The notes under the pieces are model-generated. The model saw only the letters and a list, made by a program, of their open reading frames with translations, did no database searches and was not told the origin of the DNA. DNA of 64,000 nt from Octopus sinensis. Its lineage: Eukaryota. Below are positions 52,223-64,000 of this stretch, in pieces; position 1 is the first letter of the stretch, and each line of letters starts with the position of its first letter. Made by a program: the position numbers and the translations under genes. The stretch is taken from the NCBI RefSeq assembly GCF_006345805.1, contig NC_043004.1, forward strand, positions 72,602,001 through 72,666,000. Direction: 5' to 3'.

Positions 52223-52957
52223 GGAAGAAGAAGAAGAAGAAGAAGAAGAAGAAGAAGAAAAAAGAAAGAGTAAAAGAAGAAGATAGGAGGAGAAGATAAG
52301 AACAAGAAGAATAAGAAGAGACGATGAAGGAGGAGAAGAAGAAGGAGAGAAGAAAAGAAGAAGAAGAAGATAAGAAGAAGAGGAGGGAGAGAGAATAAGA
52401 AGAGAAGAGAAAAAAAAGAATAAGGGGAGGGGAGAAGAAATAAGACAAGAAGAGAAGAAGAAGGGGAGGGGATAAGAAGAAGGGAGATGGGGGACGAAGA
52501 AGAAGGGAAGGGGGGACGAAGAAGAAGGGGAGGGGGAAGAAGAAGGGGGAGGGGAGAAGAAAGGTGAAGGGGGGAGAAGAAGAAGGGGAGGGGAGAAGAA
52601 GAAGGGGAGGGGGAGAAGAAGAAGGGGAGGGGGAGACGAAGAAGGGGGAGGAGGACGAGAAGAAGAAGAAGAAGAAGGGGAGGAGAAGAAGAAGAGGGAG
52701 GAGAAGAAGAAGAAGAAGGAGAAGGAGAAGAAAAGAAGAAGAAGAAGGGGAGGAGGAGAAGAAGAAGAAGAAGAAGAAGAAGAAGGGGAGGAGGATAAGA
52801 AGAAAGAAGAAGAAGAAGAAGAAGAAGGGGAGGAGGATAAGAAGAAGAAAAAAAGAAGGGGGAGGGAGAGAAGAAGAAGAAGGGGGAGGAGAAGAGAAGA
52901 AGAAGAAGAAGAAGAAGAAAAGGAGAAGGAGAAGAAAAGAAGAAGAAGAAGAAGAAG
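52223..52957. repeat. ~735 bp nearly pure purine tract, (GAA)n/(GGGGAGGGGAGAAGAAGAA)-like
   Basis: Direct inspection. Confidence 0.95.
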
Positions 52958-53274
52958 GGATCTACGTTGGATAATGCCATATTCTTTGCGTGGTGTGTCA
53001 CAGTCGATATCACTTCAAATGCTTTGGATCACTATTTTGGGTGTGTTTAACTCTTTCCTCTCGCCGGTTTTAGTTCGATACACACCCTGGCACCTCCCTA
53101 TTCTTGGCTGTTTCTTCTCCCAGAGATATCATGGTAGCAGCAGCAAGAAATAGTCGTGTTGGGAGCACTTTCAGAGCCCAGAAACAATGTCCCTTCTTCA
53201 TATACTCTGATAATAATAACAATAACAATAATAACAATAACAATAACAATAATAACAATAACAATAACGATGAC

Positions 53275-53309
<35 letters not shown>

Positions 53310-53329
53310 GTTTAGCCTTAATACCTCTT

Positions 53330-56300
53330 TCAAAACTGCTCAATGACGCGCAGTACGGGTATAAAATGTTTGATAAAAATATAAATCATCTCATTTACAT
53401 GGATGATTTGAAGCTTTTTGCAAAAAATAACCAACAACTCAAGGGCTCACTAGCGATAGTGAAACAATTCAGTGACGACATCAGAATGCAATTTGGCCTC
53501 GATAAATGCACAAAAGCTACCTTTATCAAAGGAAAAATGACAGAAACATCTAACGTTAACCTTGACCAGCAGAATGCCATAAAAGAACTAGACCTAGCGG
53601 AGAGCTACAAGTACCTAGGAGTAATTGAAGGGGACGGAATAAGGCATTCAGAGATGAAGGAAAGGATCAGGAGAGAATGTTATCGAAGAGTGAGAGCATA
53701 CTCAAGACAGAGCTTGAATGCAAGAAACAGATCGAAGCGATCAATGCATTAGCCATACCAGTCGTGACTTACAGTTTCAATAACGTTAACTGGTCAATTA
53801 CTGAAAATGTCAGCGTGACAGAACATATACGGAAAACTGTTGACAATACATAGAATGCACCACCCTAAGGCAGATACAGAATGACTCTATCTGCCAAGAA
53901 AAGAGGGAGGCCGTGGTCTTTTGCAACTGGCAATAACAATGAAGATTGCTACAATTGGCCTAGACACCTACCTGAAAAACTCTGAGGACTGGATGTTAAA
54001 GCTTGTCTCAAAACATGAAAACAAGAAAGCATCATACTCAGTAACAAAACAGGCAAAGGAATATCTAAGTGAATTCCGAATACAACAAATTTCGGAATTA
54101 GAGATAGACATACAAGAAACAAGCACAGAAAAAGCTAAGCGCATGAAAACCCGTGTCAAAACTGCGGCCTTAGATATTCTGAATAATAAATGGCAAGAAA
54201 AACCTCTCTATGGCAAATACCCAAAGAGAGCGAATAATGGGGATATTGACAAAGCCCTGATCCATCAATGGCTAATGGCCTCTGGCTTAAAATCTGAAAC
54301 AAAAGGGTTTATCATAGCAGCTCTACCAACAAGAAACTACCAGGCCAACATATTAAAGAACGGCAGTAGCCCAACATGTCGTGTATGTCGACAACAAAAT
54401 GAAACCATTGATCATGTTGTCTCCAAATGCAGTCTTCTAGCGCCTACAGAGTACCTCAACAGGCATGATTTGCAAAAGCCTGGCCTTGCTACCTAACTCA
54501 GATACCAGGAAACCCCAAAATGGCAGAAATTCAAAAGATAGTGCTCATGGGAACTGCTCATATCCTACGCAAAATACTCTCTATGTAATCCCAAGGTTTA
54601 AAACAAACTTTTTTTTAAATTTATTAATTAGACATTCGCTAGTACAACACATAAAAAAACAAATATATGGCACACTAGGCATAACAACAACGTGAACTTC
54701 AAACCTGTTGTCTCTTGAGGTCTCTGAGTGAGACTTGGAGCCAACTTGTACCGACATAAAGCAAAAGTCCGCAGTACGGGTATAAAATGTTTGATAAAAA
54801 TATAAATCATCTCGTTTACATGGATGATTTAAAGCTTTTTGCAAAAAATGATCAACAACTCAAGGGCTTACTAGCGATAGTCAAACAATTCAGTGACGAC
54901 ATCAGAATGCAATTCGGCCTCGATAAATGTGCAAAGGCTACCTTTATCAAAGGAAAAATGACAGAAACATCTAACGTTAACCTTGACCAACAGAATGTCA
55001 TAAAAGAACTAGACCCAGCGGAGAGCTACAAGTACCTAGGGGTAATTGAAGGGAACGGAATAAGGCATTCAGAGATGAAGGAAAGGATCAGGAGAGAATG
55101 CTATCGAAGAGTGAGAGCAATACTCAAGACAGAGCTGAATGCAAGAAACAGGATCGAAGCAATCAATGCATTAGCTATACCAGTCGTGACTTACAGTTTC
55201 AATATTGTTAACTGGTCAATTACTGAAATATGTCAGCTCGACAGAAAAATAAGGAAACTGTTGACAATGCATAGAATGCACCACCCTAAGGCAGATACAG
55301 AACGACTCTATCTGCCAAGAAAAGAGGGAGGCCGTGTCTTTTGCAACTGGCAATAACAATGAAGATTGCTACAATTGGCCTAGACACCTACCTGAAAAAC
55401 TCTGAGGACTGGATGTTAAAACTTGTCTCAAAACATGAAAACAAGAAAGCATCATACTCAGTCACAAAACAGGCAAAGGAATATCTAAGTGAATTCCGAA
55501 TACAACCAATTTCGGAATTAGAGATAGACATACAAGAAACAAGCACAGAAAAAGCATGAAAACCCGTGCCAAAACTGCGGCCTTAGATATTCTGAATAAT
55601 AAATGGCAAGAAAAACCTCTCTACGGCAAATACCCAAAGAGAGCGAATAATGCAGATATCGACAAAGCCCTGACCCATCAATGGCTAATGGCCTCTGGCT
55701 TAAAATCTGAAACAGAGGGGTTTATCATAGCAGCTCAAGATCAATGCCTACCAACAAGAACTACCAGGCCAACATATTAAAGATCAGAAGCAGTCCAACG
55801 TGTCGTGTATGCAAGCAACAAAATGAAACCATTGACCATGTGGTCTCCAAGTGCAGTCTTCTAGCGCCTACAGAGTATCTCAACAGGCACGATAGAGCTG
55901 CACAATATTCACTGGGTAATCTGTAAAAACCTGGATTTGCCCCATGAAAAAAACTGGTGGGAACACAAACCCCCCCAGTGCTTGAAAATGACCACATCTC
56001 ACTCCTCTGGAACTTCACCATTCAAACTGACAGGAAGATAGATGCAAATAGGCCAGACATCATATTGAAAGACTTCAAACAAAGAACATGCCTCCTCTTG
56101 ATATGACTGTCCCAATCGATATAAACGTATCTGTCAGGACCTACCAAAACGAGAGCAATATAAAGATCTTGAAATAGAAATCAGCAAAATGTGGAAGCTG
56201 AAGACTAAAACAATACCTGTTGTCATAGGTGCCCTGGGAATGATAGCAAAAGGGGCTGATAGCTACCTAACTCAGATACCAGGAAACCCAAAAATGGCAG

Positions 56301-57150
56301 AAGTTCAAAAGATAGTGCTCATGGGAACTGCTCATATCCTACGCAAAATACTCTCTATGTAACCTCAAGGTTTTAAACAACCATAATTTTCGGTTTAAAA
56401 AAAAAAAAAAAAAAAAACTTTTTTTTTTTTTTTTAGACATTCTTAGTACAACATCCCCCCAACCCCCCAAATATATGGCACACTAGGCATAACAACAACA
56501 TGAACTTCCAACCTGTTGTCTCTTGAGGTCTCTGGGTGAGACTTGGAGCCAACTTGTACAAATATAAAGCAAAAGTCAAACATAGAATAATAATAATAAT
56601 AATAATAATAATTTCTATGTAATCTCAATTTTTAAACAAACAATTTTCGTATGGTTTTTTTAGGCATTCACTAGTACAACACTAAGTACAAAACCAAATA
56701 TGTGGCACCTTCAAATTTGTTGTCTCTTGAGGTCTCTGGGTGAAACTTGGAGCCAGCTTGTGCAAACATATAATAATAATAATAATAATAATAACAATAA
56801 TAATAATTATTATTATTATTATTATTATTATAATGATGATGATGCTGATGATAAACACCTTTTTGTGTGTTTTTCTTTTGTCTGATCTTTTATAAAAGGT
56901 GTGTTCATTAATTAACATGAGCTTTCCTTGCGATCACAATATAGCGGCGAAAGAATTTGACAAGATCAGTAAATATAAAGACTTGCTAATAGAAATTGAA
57001 AAAATGTGGCATCTCAAGGCGACTACAGTACCAGTGATTATAGAATCTCGGAATGATAAAAAAAAAGATACTGAAACCAATTTGAAAATGATTCCAGGCT
57101 TACCATCTCTACAGGAAGTGCAAAAAAATTGTGTTAACTGGAACGAAATA
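53330..57150 (+). mobile_element. Tandem Dong/R4-like LINE fragments with repeated 3' UTRs
   Basis: YMDDLKLF at both 53396 and 54817, CxxC knuckles, ANRPDI; 3' UTR recurs at about 54660, 56470 and 56695. Confidence 0.9.
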
Positions 57151-57462
57151 ATAAGGAGAAAAGAAGAAGAAGAAGAAGAAAGAAGAAGAGAAGAAGAAGA
57201 AGAGAAGAAGAAGAAGAAGAAGAGAAGAAGAAGAAGAAGAAGAAGAAGAAGAAGAAGAAGAAGAAGAAGAATGGAATGGTTATATCTGGAATAATCACAA
57301 AGTTTGTGATTATTCCAGATAATAGCCATTCCATTTGCTCTTATACTTTGTTATATCCTTAAACATCATTTTAAAGACTTTGGACAATACCTCATTTTGG
57401 GCACTTAACTGGTGATATCCAATACGCTTTGTCCTAAAAGACATTTTATTTATTACGTATAC

Positions 57463-57498
<36 letters not shown>

Positions 57499-57704
57499 TT
57501 AGGTTGAATACTTCATAAGTATAAGCACCTGTATACTCCAGCAAGTAGCAGAGGTGAGAGGGTATATGTACCAAATGAATTCAAAAAACAGAATACAAAG
57601 GATGTCGCGGCACACGTGTTTCAAGCTTTATAAACGACATATTCTTACATCAGCGAATAATCGACATAAAGGATAGTTTAAAGCTCTCTTCAGATACTCT
57701 CTCC

Positions 57705-58245
57705 TTTCCTTTACTTGTTTCCGTTATTTGACTGTGGCCATGCTGGGGCACCGCCTTTAGTCCAGCAAATCGACCCCAGGTCTCTTTTGCCGAACCGCTA
57801 AGTTACGGAGACTTAAGCACAACACCATCGGTTGTCAAGCGATATTGGGGGGGACAAACACAGACACACAAACATATGCACACGCATACATATATATACA
57901 TATATACGACGGGCTTCTTTCAGTTTCCGTCTACCAAATCCACTCACAAAGCTTTGGTCGGTCCGAGGCTATAGTAGAAGATACTTGCTCAAAGTGCCAC
58001 GCCGTGGGACTGAACCCGAGACCATGTGGTTTGTAAGCAAGCTACTTACCACACAGCCACTCCTATGCCTATATATACATATATACGATGGGCTTCTTTC
58101 AATTTCCGTCTACCAAATCCACTCACAAGGCTTTGGTCGGTCCGAGGCTATAGTAGAAGACACTTGCCCAAAGTGCCACGCAGTGGGACTGAACCCGAGA
58201 CCATGTGGTTTGTAAGCAAGCTACTTACCACACAGCCACTCGCCT
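57705..58245 (-). mobile_element. SINE family B with a duplicated head
   Basis: Matches other copies. Confidence 0.85.
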
Positions 58246-58925
58246 AAACTTTAAGTGACCCATTTTTGGTGGTTCTACCATTTGTTGGCTAGGAGGAGAT
58301 GTGCCGGGAAGTTAAACACACAGACACACAAGTTGAGTTTTATATATATATAGATATGTGTGTGAGTATATATATATATGTTTGTATTTAAGTATGTATA
58401 TATATACATTATGTCAGGTCATTTTCGGGTGCTACAGGTAACATGTAACCTAGTACAACTTGTTGCATGGTCGGGTTTATTGGACACCCTGCGGGATGAA
58501 AACAACACCCGTGAAAGGGCGGAGGAACTCTTGAGAGTCAACGGCCATCCAATAAAATTCTTAAGGTTGTATCATGCGCGGGGACATAGAAATAATCGGA
58601 CTGAATACCCCATCGCGCGGTTAAACCATTGGAAGTGAAGGACTCCTAGCCTTTGTTAGGGCTACCTTCTAGGGGAAGGTAACTCAGGTAACTGGGATAA
58701 CTCTGACATAATACCTGCGGCTCAGTGGTTTCCGATGATATTGACTGGTTCTTTTTGGATTATGGCTGCTGTTGCTTAGTGAGTGGGATTGACTCAGTGC
58801 ACAGCCTTTCCTCACTTAAAAAAAAAATCTTCTTGCACAGGCATTGGACGATAACAACATTGATTAAGCTTCGTGCAATGGTCATACTAGATAACGAGGG
58901 GGCAGCCACCATATATATATATTAT

Positions 58926-58970
<45 letters not shown>

Positions 58971-59053
58971 TATATATAATAACAATATAAATAATATACA
59001 TGCATATATACATACATATATGTACATACTTACATCTACATGTATATATACAA

Positions 59054-59098
<45 letters not shown>

Positions 59099-59457
59099 TA
59101 CAGGACACCACAAATAAACGTAGAACACAACGGGAAACGAAAACATAAAATCAAACATAGAAACGGACTTTTTTAACAACGAAAAAACAGACTACAAGAC
59201 AAACTATACAAGGAAAATTCCCCTTCATCAGCTGCCCTTGGTTCGACTCAATGCGTGTTCCGAAGGTAAGGGCATATATATATATACATATATATATATA
59301 TACAGTTAATGGGAAGGCCAATGTCGCAGTGAATTTTCTTTCCTTTTTTCCCCTTCATATTCTTTGTTTATTTTTCTCTCATTTATTACTTTTATATATT
59401 TTTTGTTCTTTCCGTTTTCGTTAAGGCATTCTTCCCCTTAGTTTCCTATCACTTGTC

Positions 59458-59885
59458 GGATCTTTTCGGTTTGAACGTCAGTTTTTTTCTCGCGGTGTCA
59501 TGAAATTGTCACCCATAATTATGACCCTAGAATCGATCTATTGCATTTCAGTCTCTTTTAGGGTTAGGGTTAGTTAGGGTTAGGGTTAGGGGTGGGGGAA
59601 GGGCATCTTTTTTTCGTCACAAATGTAAATAAACCCAATCTATTTCTTAAACGAGGGACATATCCAAACGGCACATAATCTTTTTTAACTCAATGGACGT
59701 CATCGATTGGTTGAAATTGCAGAAATTGAAGAAAAAAAACAAATATCTTACAAACCATAGAATTTTCTCAATAAAGCCAAGAGAAAAAGATGTTTTATAA
59801 ACACATTCTACCAGTATACGAAGTTTAAAATTTTTTAGTTACCTAGAAATTATGTTAAAAACTGCCGTTCAAACCGAAAAGATCC
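59458..59885. mobile_element. MITE with ~29 bp TIRs, an 8-bp TSD and internal (TTAGGG)n
   Basis: GGATCTTTTCGGTTTGAACG termini; CACTTGTC at 59450-59457 and 59886-59893. Confidence 0.9.
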
Positions 59886-60066
59886 CACTTGTCTTTCAGA
59901 ATTGAATATTCTTGTGTTTATTTCAATGGCTAAACACTGTATACACTGAGTTACTTTAATCTCGGTATTGGGAACACACTCGACAAGAAATGAAAACAGA
60001 ATTGAAAGAAAACAATGATAATGATAATAATGATAATACATGCAATAACTTTATTTTACTTTCCAG

Positions 60067-60183
60067 ATATAAACGAGTGTAAAGGCAGGAATCCATGTAG
60101 ATACGGTAGATGCCAGAACACGCCAGGATCCTACAAATGTCACTGTAAAAAGGGGTATTATTTCAACGGGAGAACATGTATTC
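60067..60183 (+). CDS. Gene R exon 4: calcium-binding-type EGF domain (DINECKGRNPCRYGRCQNTPGSYKCHCKKGYYFNGRTCI)
   Basis: TTTTCCAG acceptor, GTAAGT donor, 117 nt, phase 1 to 1, six Cys, DINEC and CxNxxxxYxC consensus. Confidence 0.93.
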
Positions 60184-60262
60184 GTAAGTAAAATTAAAAT
60201 AACATTAACAACAATAAATATACAATTACACAAGTAATTAACTGTAAACTATCGTAATAGTA

Positions 60263-60335
<73 letters not shown>

Positions 60336-60774
60336 TAATAATAATGATGATAATAATAATGATGATAATGATAATGTTAATGATAATGATAATAATAATA
60401 GTAATAATAATAATGATAATAATAATAAGAAGAAGAAGAATAACAACATTTGGTTGTGATGCATGTGCCTGGTGTACCCTTATCAGATGGGTAGTCATGA
60501 TGGGTATACTGGGCTTCGTATATTTTACCCCAGTGTCACTTTGATGGCATGCACTGCTCTCTCACCCAATCATAATAATAATAATAATGATAATAATAAT
60601 GATGATGTGGATGATGATGATACTTGCCCTGATGCAGTACCAGGCAGTGATTGTCATGGCTTCTGATCTTAACTGATTGGAAGTATTCTCAAGTACAGTG
60701 TTTTGTCTTGGTGCAAAAGACAAGCTACATCAAATATTCTGCGCAATACCGCAAATTTGTTAATTGTTAAGGAC

Positions 60775-61205
60775 GACGATGATGATGATGATGATGGTGA
60801 TAATGGTGATGATGATGGTGATGATGATGATGATGGTGATGATAATGATGGTGATGATTATGAGGATTATGATGGTGACGGTGATGATGATGGTGATGGT
60901 GATGATGATGGTGATGATGATGATGATGGTGATGATGATGGTGGTGATGATGATGATGGTGATGATGATGATCATGGTGATGATCATGGTGATGATGGTG
61001 ATGATGATGGTGATGATAGTGATGATCATGATGGTGATGATAATGGTGATGATAATGATGGTGGTGATGATGATGATTATGATGATGGTGTTGATGATGA
61101 TTATGATGATGATGGTGATGGTGATGATGATGATGGTGATGATAGTGATGATGATGATGATGATGGTGATGGTGATGATGATAATGATGATGATGATGAT
61201 GATGA
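60775..61205. repeat. (GAT/GGT)n compound microsatellite
   Basis: Direct inspection; lies in intron 4. Confidence 0.9.
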
Positions 61206-61256
61206 CGGCGGTATATGATTTGTATATACGTGCAATAAATTTGCTTTACATTTCAG

Positions 61257-61376
61257 GGGGAACAAACGCGTGTAAACGGAAACCGTGTGGTAGACACGGT
61301 AGATGCCGCAACGTGGGAAGATCATACAGATGCTATTGTAACCGTGGGTACCGTTTCAACAGGAAAACGTGTGTTG
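61257..61376 (+). CDS. Gene R exon 5: EGF domain (RGTNACKRKPCGRHGRCRNVGRSYRCYCNRGYRFNRKTCV)
   Basis: TTTCAG acceptor, G|GTAAGT donor, 120 nt, phase 1 to 1; the gene probably continues beyond the window. Confidence 0.93.
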
Positions 61377-61425
61377 GTAAGTAAAAGAGAAAAGACAACA
61401 ACAATATATACACATAATAATAGTA

Positions 61426-61487
<62 letters not shown>

Positions 61488-61676
61488 TAATAGCAATAAT
61501 GATAATAATAATCATAATAATAATAGCAATAATAATAATAGTAATAATAATAATAATAACAATAATAATAATAATAGAATTAGTAGTAGTAGTAGTAGTA
61601 GTAATCGTAGTAGTAGTAGTAGTAGTAATGGTAGTAGTAATAGTAGTAGTAGTAAGAATAACAATAATAAAAACAA

Positions 61677-61759
<83 letters not shown>

Positions 61760-61764
61760 ATAAC

Positions 61765-61804
<40 letters not shown>

Positions 61805-62369
61805 CCCTGATACCATGCTGTATATGCCCCGCTCTCATGACTTCTGATCTTAACTGATTGGAAGTGTTATCATGTACATTGCTTTGTATTGGTATAAAAG
61901 GTGGGCTACAGCAAATATTCTGCTCAATACCACAGATTTGCTTGTCAGTTGTTTGACCTTAAGCAGTTGAGCATGTCCCCTGGTGGCTGACGATATGTGC
62001 ATCTCTGATCACAAGCAGAAGTAGTGGGGGAGCATCATAGCCGTGTGTTGAAAAGAATCCTTGGAGGTTTGGATAATTCACCTTTGGAAACATGGGTGTT
62101 TCGTTCAACATCCTTAAACAATCCTAATTCAGGGATCATTTGAGCGGGATGAGCTACTCGACCACAAGAAAATTCCAATTGGGCCCAGCCTGCAAGGTCA
62201 TGTGCTGTTTATCTTGTTATCAGATCACCATGTCGCACACATATGTTTGCGATGCATGTGCCTAGTGTACCCTTATCAGACGGGTAATCATGATGGTTAT
62301 ACTGGGTTTCGTATATTTTACCCCATGTCACTTTGATGGCATGCACTACTCTCTTCCATAATAATAATA

Positions 62370-62416
<47 letters not shown>

Positions 62417-62710
62417 GAGTTTGAATGGTTCACCTCTGGAAACATAGGTGTTTCGTTCAACATCCTAAAGCAACCCTTATTCAGGGACCGTTTGAGCAGG
62501 ATGGGCTACTCAACCTGAAGAAAATTCTAACTGGGCCCCACCTGCAAGGTCATGTGCTGTTTATCTTGATATGAGATCACCATGTCGCGCACATATGGTT
62601 GTGATGCATGTGCCTGGTGTACCTTTATCAGACGGGTAGTCATGATGGGTATATTGGGCTTCGTATATTTTACCCCAGTGTCACTTTGATGGCATGAACT
62701 GCTCTCTCAC
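61805..62710. mobile_element. Two copies of the repeat family seen at 1-505
   Basis: Sequence match. Confidence 0.8.
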
Positions 62711-63084
62711 TCAATAATAATAATAATAATAATGATGATGATGGTAATAATAAAACAACAAAAATATTAATAATGATCATGATTATAATTAGTAGTAGTA
62801 GTTGCAGTAGTAGTAGTAGTTGTAGTAGTAGTAGGAGGAGGAGGAGGAGGAGGAGTAGTAGTATTAGTAGTATACAACAGTCTTATTTTTATCACGTGCT
62901 TTCACTGCACTACCGTGCGCAGCTGTGTGTCCTTTGGGAATCTGCTTTGGTTTGTTGTGGTGCTCTTATATTTTCTGTATTGAAAGTGTGCCGTGCATAA
63001 TAGTGCTAGTCTCTTTATGATATATATACTAGTTTATTATTACTATTGTTGTTGTTGTTGATGATGTTGCTGTTGTTGCTATAG

Positions 63085-63129
<45 letters not shown>

Positions 63130-63133
<4 letters not shown>

Positions 63134-64000
63134 GGTGGGGATTTGGCAGAATCGTCAGCTCGCCGGTCGAGATGCTTAGCGGCATTTCGTCTGTCGCTAC
63201 TTTCTCGGGTCAAGATGCACCGAGGTCGACTTTGCCTTCCATCCCTTCAGGCTCGATAAATTAAGTACAGTTGAACCCTGGGCTCGATCCCCTCGCTCCA
63301 AATTGCCTCCATTGTGGCAAAATTTGAAATCATTATGATAGGAAAAACATACAGGTGGACTAAGATATGTAAGGGATAAAAAGATATCTATGAAGGTATT
63401 TAACAAGTTAAATAAATATAAGAACCTGGAAATTGGGATACTAAAGATGTGGCATCTTAAAGCAAGAAGTGTCCCTGTTATTAGAGATGCCTTATAAAAA
63501 AGGCCAATTATCGACCTCGGTGGAATTTGAACTCAGAACGGAATGATGGACGAAATACCACATTTCTGCCAGTGTGCTAACGATTCTGCTAAGGTGCTGC
63601 CTTAACAACAATAAAAATATTTTTTACTATAGACACTAGGACCGAAATTTTGGGGGTAGAGCAGTCGATTAGATCAACCCCAGTGTTTCACTGGTACTTA
63701 AATTTGTCGACCCCGAAAGGATGAAAAGCAAAGTTGACCTCAGCGGAATTTAAACTCAGAGCGTAACGGCAGACGAAATACCTATTTCTTTACTACCCAC
63801 CAGGTGCTAAACACCAAGAAGACAAACAAGGACAGACAAACGGATTAAGACGATTATATCGACCCCAGTGTGTAACTGGTACTTAATTTATTGACCCCGA
63901 AAGGATGAAAGGCAAAGTCGACCTCGGCGGTATTTGAACTCAGAACATAGCGGCAGACGAAATACCTATATCTTTATTACTAAACACAGAGGTATTAAGG
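63130..64000. mobile_element. SINE family A units (one plus-strand, several tandem minus-strand)
   Basis: GTCGACTTTGCCTTTCATCCTTTCGGGGTCGA-type core and its reverse complement. Confidence 0.8.

Noticed and set aside
59221-59265. Hammerhead at minus-strand CTGATGA
   Set aside because: No correctly placed GAAA or closing helices
59568-59598. Chromosome end or telomere
   Set aside because: Only about four units, enclosed within a TSD-bounded MITE
60703-61218. Asp/Gly-rich ORF as a second acidic coding block
   Set aside because: It is a translation of a (GAT/GGT)n microsatellite with no flanking splice sites in frame with the EGF exons

Overview
Repeat-saturated animal genomic DNA, most likely an octopus or other coleoid. 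That assignment is inferred from the tRNA-derived SINE families and the (AT)n/(TAA)n microsatellite load, not from a search. There are no prokaryotic features. The host content is two intron-rich paralogous genes arranged head-to-head, neither of which the ORF track resolves. Gene L (minus strand) has exons at 18494-19062, 10711-10803 and 4333-4409. Gene R (plus strand) has exons at 26172-26746, 29372-29470, 50867-50943, 60067-60183 and 61257-61376. All junctions are GT-AG and phase-compatible. Both genes encode a signal peptide, a very acidic D/E-rich tract, a dibasic site and a strongly cationic 8-Cys EMI-like domain; gene R continues into two cationic EGF domains. Promoter plus exon 1 form a ~1.7 kb near-identical inverted repeat that ends about 12 nt before the exon 1 donor, whereas the downstream Cys-rich domains are only ~32% identical. 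The second theme is a high density of type I hammerhead ribozyme motifs in Penelope-like elements and foldback repeats, including core variants. The rest is LINEs (Dong/R4-like, CR1-like, RTE-like), Penelope-like elements, Tc1, hAT, Helitron pieces, MITEs, multimeric SINEs and simple repeats. All counts and alignments were done by eye, and repeat boundaries are approximate unless a TSD or TIR is quoted.
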